A stretch of DNA of 62,364 nucleotides, filler included, from Candidatus Fermentibacterota bacterium (GTDB lineage Bacteria > JAFGKV01), in assembly GCA_016928395.1 (NCBI GenBank). It is 5 parts of 5 records of this genome, joined end to end, with 100 filler letters (N's around TTAATTAATTAA, not from the genome) between each part and the next. Parts side by side here need not be neighbours in the genome. Positions count along the whole stretch, not along the records: positions 28,800 to 50,101 come from JAFGKV010000104.1; 4 more parts are not named here. One strand, written 5' to 3'. Shown here in pieces: positions 38,129 to 46,601 of this stretch. How positions within the stretch are numbered: the first letter of the stretch is position 1; the number at the start of each line of letters is the position of its first letter. The translations under genes were made by a program, and so were the position numbers. Under the pieces are notes generated by a model. It was not told the origin of the DNA and made no database searches. It worked only from the letters and a program-made list of their open reading frames with translations.

Positions 38129-39162
38129 TTTGCCCTCCCGTTCTCTCGTGCAGCCGGATCGGGAGACCTCGTGCGGCCATGATGCCGCTGCCTGGATCCT
38201 TCAATGGCCGGATGGTAGTGCACGTGAACCCTCATCAGGAAGTCGATCTCGCGGCACAGCGTTCGCTCCACCCGCGTGGCGATGCGATCACCCTCCTCGA
38301 CGCTCATCGAGCCGTTCACCCCTATGGTCAGATTGGCAACCAAATAGGGGCCAAATCTGTGCGCCTGCACCTCCTCAAGCTCTACACCGGGCATGGCGCG
38401 GATCAAAGTCGCGATCTGCTGACGCAACGCTTTGCCGGGCACGGTATCCATAAGGTCATCTGACGATTCCCGCAGGATCTTGATACCTGTCCCGAGCACG
38501 ATGAGCGCCACCAAAGCCCCGGCCAATGGGTCGATCCACGGATGACCCATCCTGCCGCCCAAGATGCCAAGGGTGGCGGCTGACGCGGCCATGATATCGT
38601 TGCGGTGATCGTATGCCAAGGCAATCACCGCGAGGTTGTGAGTGCGCCTGCCCACCCGCTTTGTCACGGCAGTCAGAATGATCTTGGTGAGCACGGTGAA
38701 CACGGCAACAAGCAGGGCGAGAAGTGATGCGCCTGCGGCAACGTCCGTCGCTCGCCACATGTCATACACAGCATTGACGGAGCCCCAGAAGATCGTGACG
38801 CCGGTGGTGACCACGAAGGCGCCGACGATCAGGGCCGCGATGCTCTCCAGTTGGCGATGCCCGTAGGGATGCTCATCGTCCGCAGGTGTGCGCGCCAAAC
38901 CCACGAAGACTCTCACGACCACGTAGTACACCACGTCGGATGTGGAGTTGATGCCATCGGCCAGCAAGGCGGGACTGTGGCCGAGAATTCCCACCGCCGT
39001 CTTGAGGGCAGCCAGCACCACATTGGCAGCCAGGCCCAGATTCACGGCAAAGATGCTGCTTCGATCTCGGTGCGCTGGATCCACTGCTACTCCGTGAAAG
39101 GCGAGGGGTCTTGCGTCAACCTCGCGCCCGCTCAATGGTTCCGGGAACCTCGCAGGCCCCAC
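38125..39162 (-). CDS. Cation diffusion facilitator family transporter
   Basis: SPALLADG, PADDEHPYGH, DHRND, VHVHYHP; start uncertain. Confidence 0.92.
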   Translation of the reverse strand: MGPARFPEPLSGREVDARPLAFHGVAVDPAHRDRSSIFAVNLGLAANVVLAALKTAVGILGHSPALLADGINSTSDVVYYVVVRVFVGLARTPADDEHPYGHRQLESIAALIVGAFVVTTGVTIFWGSVNAVYDMWRATDVAAGASLLALLVAVFTVLTKIILTAVTKRVGRRTHNLAVIALAYDHRNDIMAASAATLGILGGRMGHPWIDPLAGALVALIVLGTGIKILRESSDDLMDTVPGKALRQQIATLIRAMPGVELEEVQAHRFGPYLVANLTIGVNGSMSVEEGDRIATRVERTLCREIDFLMRVHVHYHPAIEGSRQRHHGRTRSPDPAARENGRAK

Positions 39163-39210
39163 TGGGTCGACACCAAGACATTCTAGACCTCGCCCGACCG
39201 AGGCACCACT

Positions 39211-42024
39211 CTATTCCTTGGTCCTGAGCCGGATCAGCGGATGGGTGCCGGTCCAGAGGACGCGGCGAGTCCCGGCCTCATCCGGGCTCTCTACCACGAG
39301 TCTGCAGAGCGCTGCCTGATTCGAGGGGCCTCGATTCGTGACAGAGTCAGCATCAAACACCATTCCGTGGGTCCCTGCGGGATGCTCCCCCTCCTCAAGC
39401 ACGGCCAGCTCATGGCCCGCGGCATCGTACAGAACAAGGCGTACGTTCCCAGGTGACGGCAGGCCGAAGCTGATGGTTGTCGTTGACGAATATGGATTCG
39501 GATAGGCGCGAAGCCAGAACTGGCCTGGAAGCGGCGGCGAATCGTGGATGGCCACCCCAAGACTCTCTGCCTCAATACGGCAGTTTTGGTCTATGGCGAG
39601 GTCGCATACGACGTGCAGGAGCCCTGCCGGGTCGAAGGCCCAGCCCTCGCCGCTTCGTAGCAGGTCGTCATAACCTGCGGCGCGGCAGAGATCGATGCCG
39701 TCCCGGCGCACCCGACTGGGCGCTTTGGTGACGCCATGCACCGTGACGAGGTAAGCTCGGCGCACGGCCTGGCCTCCGTAGCTGCCTCGGGGGCTGCCAA
39801 TATCCACCAGGAGGGAGGCTTCATCGCCGCTTCCCACAAGCTCATGGGCAAACTCGGTGAGCGCATACGCGCCGTGTTGATACTGAAGGGAATACCCGTC
39901 ATCCTCATACAGCACACCCCGGCCTCCGACGACCCCAGGATACACGGCCAAGGCCAAGGTGTCCGCGGGGCGGGCCGCCGTGGTCTGCAGCGGCGGCCAC
40001 ATGGGGATGATGCTGCCGGCCTTGACGAAGAGCGGCATGGTCTCCAGCGGCGACGGCACGGTCAGGTCCCCCGGCCCCTGATAGATTGAATCCGTCCAAA
40101 AATCGTACCACGATCCCTGCGGGAGGTAGACCCGCGAGGAGCGTACGCCGTCCTCCACTACCGGCCAGACCAGAAACGCATCGCCCCAGAGATACCCTGA
40201 ACTCTCATCCATGAGCCGCGGATCCTCGGGGTCGAGAAAGAACAGCGGTCGGGCCATGGGAAGCCCCGTGTCATGGTTGGCCCGGGCCATGGTGTAGATG
40301 TAGGGAATGAGCCGGTATCGGAGTTCGAGAAACCTCCTGCAGATCTGCTCCGCTTCCACCCCGTATCCCCAGGGCTCCTGAGGCTGGTAGTCTACCCCGT
40401 GGGCCCTGGTCACCGGGCAGAAGGCCCCGTACTGCATCCATCGCACGTACAGCTCGGGCGAGGTGGCAGAGCAGCAGAAGCCCCCGATGTCGCTGTTGTG
40501 GTAGGCCAGGCCAGAGACGCCCATGGAGAGACTCATGGGAAGCTGAACCGCCAGCCCGCCGAACCCGGTCCCCACATCGCCCGACCACGGGATAACGCCA
40601 AAACGCTGGATCCCTGCCGAACCTGCCCTGGTCAGGTTGAACAGGCGCACATCCGGGCGAAACGCCGCAAATCCATCAAACACCGCCTTGGCCCACAGCA
40701 GGTTGAACACATTGTGCACCTTCCGGGCACTGCCCATGGCATGCACCATGTCGTCGGGATGTCGCTCGGGCTCTCCCAAATCGGTCCAGATGCCGCCCAA
40801 CTCTCCCCCGAAGAACGCCGGGTGTTTGGCCCACCACCACGCCTGAGCTGCCGGATTCGTCACATCTAGAAGCCCGGCATCACATCCGCAAGACCACCAG
40901 TTGTGCAGCCGATAGGGTTGGCCACTGGCGGTGCGGGCGAGAAATCCCTGGGCCGCGGCCAGAGCGAAGTTGGGGGAATGCTCCACGATGTATGGTTCAG
41001 TGATGGCGATCGTATGGATGCCCTGGTCCTTGAAATCCCGCATCATGGTGAAAGGATTTGGCCAGGCCGCACTGTTCCAGGCCAGATCGCCCATGTGCCG
41101 GAACCAGTATAGATCCAGCACGATGGCATCGCAGGGAATACGTTTCTCGCGCATGATCCGCACCATGTCGCGGGCCTCGACTTCGTTCCGGTAGCCGTAC
41201 TTTGACTGTATGAAGCCAAAGGCCCACAGGGGCGGAAGCGGCTGACGGCCAGTGAGCCACGTATAGGCTTCAATGAGAGTGGGAATGGTCGCGCCGCTCA
41301 TCACGTGGAAGGAGAGCTCGCCCGCCTCGACTTCGAAGCTGAATCGCCCTGGATCCGAGGAACCCAGATCGATCACCCCGCGATAGGTCGTGTCGAAGAA
41401 CAGGCCCCAACCCCTGGGCGAGACGATGAACGGCACATTGACGCCCATTGTGGCCGGGGGCGTGGTGTACCCGCCTTCATGCTGATTCCAGAAGGAGAGC
41501 ACCTGGCCACGTTGGTCCAAGGCGGTTGCCCGTTCTCCGCCACCGTAGAAGTGCTCGTCTGCAGCCATGCGGAAGATCGCGGCCCTGCCACCGCCCATGG
41601 TGCACAGGCCTCCCTCACGAGGTTCCTCCAGGAGACAAACCCCTTGGGCCTCGAAGGACAACCGCAGGGGGTACTTCGCGCACACGACAGCCAGGTCGCC
41701 TGCGGTCAGAACGAGGCTCGAATCACTATCGATCACGGTGAATGGAGACGCGTTCAGCGTATCGGCCACTACGGCCAACGACGAATCCATCGCGGCACCT
41801 GCCGACGGGAGGAAGTCAACGCGAATGATGTCGTCACGGAACGACACCAGCCGCACGGCTGCCTCGCCGGCATGGATCTCGACCCGTCGGCCCGCCACCG
41901 TATGGCCGGAGTAGTCGCCCACAAAGGCCTGAGCATTGACCTGGGTTCCGGTCGCGGGCAAGACCACAACCAAGAGCATCAGGGCAGAGCGGCAAAGGCT
42001 CAGTCGCCATCGAGTGTCACACAC
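39211..42024 (-). CDS. Secreted GH31 glycoside hydrolase with T9SS-type C-terminal domain
   Basis: WTDLGEPE nucleophile, WSGD, DIGGF, ELYVRWMQYG; C-terminal YPNPY..TTISF.LP...V.LVLYDAAG; start uncertain. Confidence 0.92.
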   Translation of the reverse strand: MCDTRWRLSLCRSALMLLVVVLPATGTQVNAQAFVGDYSGHTVAGRRVEIHAGEAAVRLVSFRDDIIRVDFLPSAGAAMDSSLAVVADTLNASPFTVIDSDSSLVLTAGDLAVVCAKYPLRLSFEAQGVCLLEEPREGGLCTMGGGRAAIFRMAADEHFYGGGERATALDQRGQVLSFWNQHEGGYTTPPATMGVNVPFIVSPRGWGLFFDTTYRGVIDLGSSDPGRFSFEVEAGELSFHVMSGATIPTLIEAYTWLTGRQPLPPLWAFGFIQSKYGYRNEVEARDMVRIMREKRIPCDAIVLDLYWFRHMGDLAWNSAAWPNPFTMMRDFKDQGIHTIAITEPYIVEHSPNFALAAAQGFLARTASGQPYRLHNWWSCGCDAGLLDVTNPAAQAWWWAKHPAFFGGELGGIWTDLGEPERHPDDMVHAMGSARKVHNVFNLLWAKAVFDGFAAFRPDVRLFNLTRAGSAGIQRFGVIPWSGDVGTGFGGLAVQLPMSLSMGVSGLAYHNSDIGGFCCSATSPELYVRWMQYGAFCPVTRAHGVDYQPQEPWGYGVEAEQICRRFLELRYRLIPYIYTMARANHDTGLPMARPLFFLDPEDPRLMDESSGYLWGDAFLVWPVVEDGVRSSRVYLPQGSWYDFWTDSIYQGPGDLTVPSPLETMPLFVKAGSIIPMWPPLQTTAARPADTLALAVYPGVVGGRGVLYEDDGYSLQYQHGAYALTEFAHELVGSGDEASLLVDIGSPRGSYGGQAVRRAYLVTVHGVTKAPSRVRRDGIDLCRAAGYDDLLRSGEGWAFDPAGLLHVVCDLAIDQNCRIEAESLGVAIHDSPPLPGQFWLRAYPNPYSSTTTISFGLPSPGNVRLVLYDAAGHELAVLEEGEHPAGTHGMVFDADSVTNRGPSNQAALCRLVVESPDEAGTRRVLWTGTHPLIRLRTKE

Positions 42025-42223
42025 GCACACGCAGCTTTCAACAGGGGACCGGAACTCAGAACTAGACCCTGTCAGTTTACACGGGGAGGCCGCACGGCTC
42101 AATCCACAGGGTGCACCTGAGGAGGGGGCACGGCACAGCGCGCGATGTGTGCATGTGCCGACACGGGGCAATGATGGAGCCCAGCGTGGCAAAGAGCCCT
42201 GGCTGGAGGTTGTGCCACGAACG

Positions 42224-42248
42224 CCCCGCCGGCGAGAAGCCGGCGGGG
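42224..42248 (-). terminator. GC-rich stem-loop after the PorV-like gene
   Basis: CCCCGCCGGC-gagaa-GCCGGCGGGG; weak U-tract. Confidence 0.45.
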
Positions 42249-42271
42249 GTCAAAGGTGAGTCCGGATGCCT

Positions 42272-43261
42272 CTAGCGGGGCATGAACCCGACGGATAGAC
42301 GATGGACGGGATCCAAGTACTCGTGATTCTGATAGCAGTAGTCTACCGAGAGCCTGTTACCTCCCGTGGGTATGTTCACGCCACCGCCCAGGGACCACTC
42401 CATGTTGTTCAGGGTAGTGTAGCCCGCCCTGAGGAAGTAGCTCCCGTTGAATGCGTACTGCATGCCCAGCCCCAGGAGTTCCGACTGATCCACGGGATGA
42501 AGCCCTTCGCCGCACAGCGTAAGGCATCCTGCCGGACCATCGAACAGGTCGTACGCCACCCCTGCCCGGAAGGTCATAGGCATGGAGAAGCGCTCCGCCT
42601 GCAGCACCGCTGGAACATCATCTGTCTGGGTGCCTTCGCCACCCGGATCGCCCCATACCTGCTCAAGACCCTGACCGGCAAACTGCACGTCTGGGCCGAA
42701 GTTGGCCACGGAGAAGCCCAGCCGGAGATTGCTGAATCCCACCACGTAGGTGCCACCCAGATCGAATCCCCAGTTCGTATCGGAGACTTCGGCCAATGCC
42801 TCCCGGATGACCCGGAGACTCAGGCCCGCGGCGAACTTATCGGTCATCATGCGGGCATAGGTCAGGGTAACCGCCATGGCATTGGCGTTGAAGGTGTCCC
42901 CGGTGCCGTCGGGCATCTCCTCAGTAGTCTCCTCGATCGTGCCGGAGAGAAATGCAAGCCCGCTGATGCCGATGACCCCGTCCATGAACGGCGTGGCAAT
43001 GGCCACATCCTCCACCGCCATGTCGGCATAGAGAGCCGTATGGGTGAAGCCCGTGGCGGTACCCTCCAACGATGCGATCCCGGCCGGATTCCAGAACACC
43101 GACTCCAAATCGCCTCCGATGGCGGTGTAGGCACCGCCCATGGAGGTGGCCCGCGCGCCTCCTCCTACCGTGAGAAACTGGGTCCCCGCGCCGCCGAGCC
43201 GCGCCGAGGCGGTCGAAACCGCCAGCGCCAGAGCGACGCCTGCGAAGAGTATCCGTGTCAT
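42272..43261 (-). CDS. PorV/PorQ family (FadL-like) outer-membrane protein
   Basis: QFLTVGGGARATSMGGA, FWNPAG, FLRAGY, HRLSVG. Confidence 0.9.
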   Translation of the reverse strand: MTRILFAGVALALAVSTASARLGGAGTQFLTVGGGARATSMGGAYTAIGGDLESVFWNPAGIASLEGTATGFTHTALYADMAVEDVAIATPFMDGVIGISGLAFLSGTIEETTEEMPDGTGDTFNANAMAVTLTYARMMTDKFAAGLSLRVIREALAEVSDTNWGFDLGGTYVVGFSNLRLGFSVANFGPDVQFAGQGLEQVWGDPGGEGTQTDDVPAVLQAERFSMPMTFRAGVAYDLFDGPAGCLTLCGEGLHPVDQSELLGLGMQYAFNGSYFLRAGYTTLNNMEWSLGGGVNIPTGGNRLSVDYCYQNHEYLDPVHRLSVGFMPR

Positions 43262-43293
43262 GCTGCCTCTCCTCTGTTGCTGGTTCATGATGG

Positions 43294-46200
43294 TCACCGG
43301 ACTATGGCGAACTTGCCGACGGCCGTGGCGCCGCTGGCGCGGTCCTCAACCTGGTACACATACAGACCGCTGGTACAGTGCATGTTCTCCTGGGTCAACA
43401 GGTCCCATCGCTCAGACCCATCGTCCGAATCCGTCGCGTGCGCCAGTTCGCGTACCAGCAGCCCCGACACGGTGAAGATGCGGATGGTGCAGCGGGATGG
43501 CAGATGCTGGAACAAGACCCAACGGTTGTATTGGTCGGTATCCCAGGTCGCGCGGAGGTAGTAGGGATTGGGAACCACCCTGATCTGGCCAAGGTCGTAC
43601 GTCGCCATCGGCGCCAGCATGCTGGCGGTGCGGATCTCAAAGGCGTCGCCTCCGTAGAACGGCCGCGTGCTTTCGATGAACATGGTGTCGGCCGGCCCGG
43701 CCGGGTGGGCATTGTCGCTCATGTCCATGCTGAACCGGATCATGACCTGGCTCGCGGCGTATGCCTCGGCATCCTGCTTCAGGATCATGACATAGTCGCT
43801 GGGATCCCATCTGGTCGGATCCCCCGAAGCACCGTGAAACAGATGGGTCTTGGCAGGGATGCCCAGGGTAAGGTTCATCATCTGCCACGGCACGGGGTTC
43901 CCTGCGATGTCGGTACCGCCGCCCGAGGGGAAGGTCATGGCATAGGAATAGGGTTCCAGCCGTGTCTCATACTGGTTCCAGTTGTTGGAGAAAGGTACCC
44001 AGGAGCACGCACTTCCCTCGTTCCATGCCGCCGACTCCACCCAGACGCGCACCGGGGCCTTGAGGGCCAGCAATAACCCGTCGCCCAGGGGAGTATTCAC
44101 CAGGTCTTCGGGAACTCTGATCTCGGGGACATGCGTCGTGTCGCGGAAGTCGTAGCGCAGGATGTCCATGGTGTCGGTGACGACCCGGCCGGCGTCGACG
44201 TCGCGCAGGGCCCACTGCCATGATGGTTCGTTCGGTGTTCCCAAGCACTCCAGGCGATAGGTATGCCCCGTGAGCATCGATGGCTGCCCAATGGCGAGAT
44301 AGAGCTCACCCGTCCCAATGCTCGGGGAGACCCTGCTCCACCGCGCGTCGGGATCCATCCGGTCGGCCGCTCGTGAACGCGGCACCACGCGTATCCTGGC
44401 CTGGGTAGTGCTCGACTCCAGCGGATCGATGCCTTGGGAGGGCGCGCCCCGGTCATACGACGTGACGGCGTAGTAGTAGGTCAGGCCATTGGTGAGGTTC
44501 TCGTCAAGGTATGAGTAGAACAGGCCGCTTTGCTGGCCGACCTCTCGCCAACCGTATCCGGCAACGGCGAAGAGGTCTCCCTGCAGGGGCAGATACGTGG
44601 TACCCGTAGGATCCTCAGGATCGGGCGCACCCGCGCTGATTTGTACATAGAACCCGTCTATGTAGATCCGAGTGCCATCCATCCACTTCCCCAGAAACGG
44701 ATTGCCTGGGTCGGGAGGAGGGTAGACCAGCCCGTCATCCGTGGCGCCGACCACGCAGAAGTCGCCGGTGAAGATGTCTCTCGCCTCTGCGTTATACCGA
44801 TACAAGCTCTGCTGGTCGGCATTGAGCACGGTGAAGGTCGAATCAGACTGGAACTCCACGACATAGTCGTTGCCGGTGAAGGCCAGCGTATCGCTCCCGC
44901 TTCCCCAAAAGCCCGCGAAGCCGAACTGCAGCACGCTGCCGCCGCGCACATAGCGCATGGAGACGGCCTTGGGGGTGTGGCTGTCGGCCACATCGTAGTC
45001 CGCCAGGAGCTGCCAGGTCCCGTCGATCCCCTGCCTGCTCCGGTACACGCGGTAGCCCTCGAAATCGCGTTCGCCGGTGATGTAGTCAACTGCATGCTCC
45101 GGAGAATCGTCCCAACTGAGGTAGACGCGCCTATCCTGGGGTGTAGCCGTAACCCGCGGAGACGGTGGCGGCGCGGTCCCCAGGTACCCCATCTCGAACT
45201 GCTGAATGGCACGGCGCGTGTTTTCCTTCAGGTCGTCCAGGCTCTGACCCATGACGATGGCCAGCGTCACGCTGATCGTCTCGCCGGGATCCAGGCGCAG
45301 GTAGGGGCCTGATCCACTGAGGTGTCGAACGTCTTGAGGTTCTTCGAAGGTTTCGAACACCCGGGGGTCGGGATCGCCGGGTATGTCCGTGCCCCTGAGC
45401 TGGGCATATTTGAGGGCATCGGTATTGTCGTTATCGACATCCTGTTCCGGCCCCTCACGATCCCACGTGGAGAACGCGGTGAGCCCCAGGGGGGCGGGTG
45501 CACCCGGGTTTCGGGGTGTTTCGCACAGGACGATGCCGATGTATCCCGCGCTGGTACTCCAGCCTGGTTCATTGAAGTCTGAATCATAACTGTAGCCGAG
45601 ATTGAGCGCGACGTCGAATCCGATAAGATCATCGTTGCCGCCCACGCCCTCGGTGTTGATGTCGCCCGAGCCGACGTCATTGTCCATGAAGTAGCCCACA
45701 TAGACGCTGTCGATGGGGTAGGGATTCATGTTCGTGATCTTGTAGTCGACATAGAGGTAGTTCGCGGCGAAGCCATAGCCCCACGAAAACGATCGCTGCG
45801 TAAGCCGAATGCCTAATGGCTCCGCGTCATAGCCATCGGAAGGGGCGAGGAACCGCCCCTGATCGCTCTCGTAGTCGCCGAAGGTGCAGTAGGTATCCAT
45901 TTGCGACACGAAGTCTGTTGGCTGCATATCGTAGAGGCTTGTGCCGAATGCCGCCCGTCGCCGTGGATTGATGGATGCGGTGTCGGTATGGGCGTAGTAC
46001 AGGTAGCCGGGGAAGCTGGCGGGGTCACCCCAGCGCAACTGCCCTGATTGTGGGTCCTCGCCCGGCTGCGCGAACAGCGTCTGGCCGTCCTCCGCGGGCT
46101 CCGTGAGCTGGTTGCTGGTCCACAGCGGGCTCAGGGGCTGGCAGTCGGGCCGCCACGCCCCGGTTACGACAACGGGGGTATAGATCGTATCGGCTCCCAC

Positions 46201-46566
46201 CGCTCTGGGCACGATGCCGCCGACCCACAGGCCGCTGGTGAAATTGTAGTACTGCCGCGAACCGGCGGGCCATTCACAACAGAATCCGTTCCAGTTCGTC
46301 ACATTGTCTGGCCATGTGCCGTCATAGCCGTCCCACCCTATGGGCGGTTCGTAGAGGCCCAAGAGCCCGACATTCGTCACGGTGTATGAGCGGAGCTGCC
46401 CCACCCCGGCCCAGGTCACCCGGGAGGGGTAGGTGGCATCGGGGACCGTCGGCGTGAATTGCGGCTGGGGGATCCAGCTATGGGTTGGATCCGGCCTTCT
46501 TGCCGCCTCGGCGGGAACAAGAAGCAGTGCCAGGAGCCCTGCAACGACCCACGAGGGCTTTCTCAT
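43294..46566 (-). CDS. Large secreted protein with Fn3-like region and T9SS-like CTD
   Basis: Signal peptide; DFEGYRVYRS, NGLTYYYAVTSYD; CTD VVPNPY...CTIRIFT.SG.LVR...WDL...SGLYVY...GKFAIVR. Confidence 0.88.
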   Translation of the reverse strand: MRKPSWVVAGLLALLLVPAEAARRPDPTHSWIPQPQFTPTVPDATYPSRVTWAGVGQLRSYTVTNVGLLGLYEPPIGWDGYDGTWPDNVTNWNGFCCEWPAGSRQYYNFTSGLWVGGIVPRAVGADTIYTPVVVTGAWRPDCQPLSPLWTSNQLTEPAEDGQTLFAQPGEDPQSGQLRWGDPASFPGYLYYAHTDTASINPRRRAAFGTSLYDMQPTDFVSQMDTYCTFGDYESDQGRFLAPSDGYDAEPLGIRLTQRSFSWGYGFAANYLYVDYKITNMNPYPIDSVYVGYFMDNDVGSGDINTEGVGGNDDLIGFDVALNLGYSYDSDFNEPGWSTSAGYIGIVLCETPRNPGAPAPLGLTAFSTWDREGPEQDVDNDNTDALKYAQLRGTDIPGDPDPRVFETFEEPQDVRHLSGSGPYLRLDPGETISVTLAIVMGQSLDDLKENTRRAIQQFEMGYLGTAPPPSPRVTATPQDRRVYLSWDDSPEHAVDYITGERDFEGYRVYRSRQGIDGTWQLLADYDVADSHTPKAVSMRYVRGGSVLQFGFAGFWGSGSDTLAFTGNDYVVEFQSDSTFTVLNADQQSLYRYNAEARDIFTGDFCVVGATDDGLVYPPPDPGNPFLGKWMDGTRIYIDGFYVQISAGAPDPEDPTGTTYLPLQGDLFAVAGYGWREVGQQSGLFYSYLDENLTNGLTYYYAVTSYDRGAPSQGIDPLESSTTQARIRVVPRSRAADRMDPDARWSRVSPSIGTGELYLAIGQPSMLTGHTYRLECLGTPNEPSWQWALRDVDAGRVVTDTMDILRYDFRDTTHVPEIRVPEDLVNTPLGDGLLLALKAPVRVWVESAAWNEGSACSWVPFSNNWNQYETRLEPYSYAMTFPSGGGTDIAGNPVPWQMMNLTLGIPAKTHLFHGASGDPTRWDPSDYVMILKQDAEAYAASQVMIRFSMDMSDNAHPAGPADTMFIESTRPFYGGDAFEIRTASMLAPMATYDLGQIRVVPNPYYLRATWDTDQYNRWVLFQHLPSRCTIRIFTVSGLLVRELAHATDSDDGSERWDLLTQENMHCTSGLYVYQVEDRASGATAVGKFAIVR

Positions 46567-46601
46567 TGTGATCCTCCTGTTCATTTGAGACGTGCGCACG
46601 G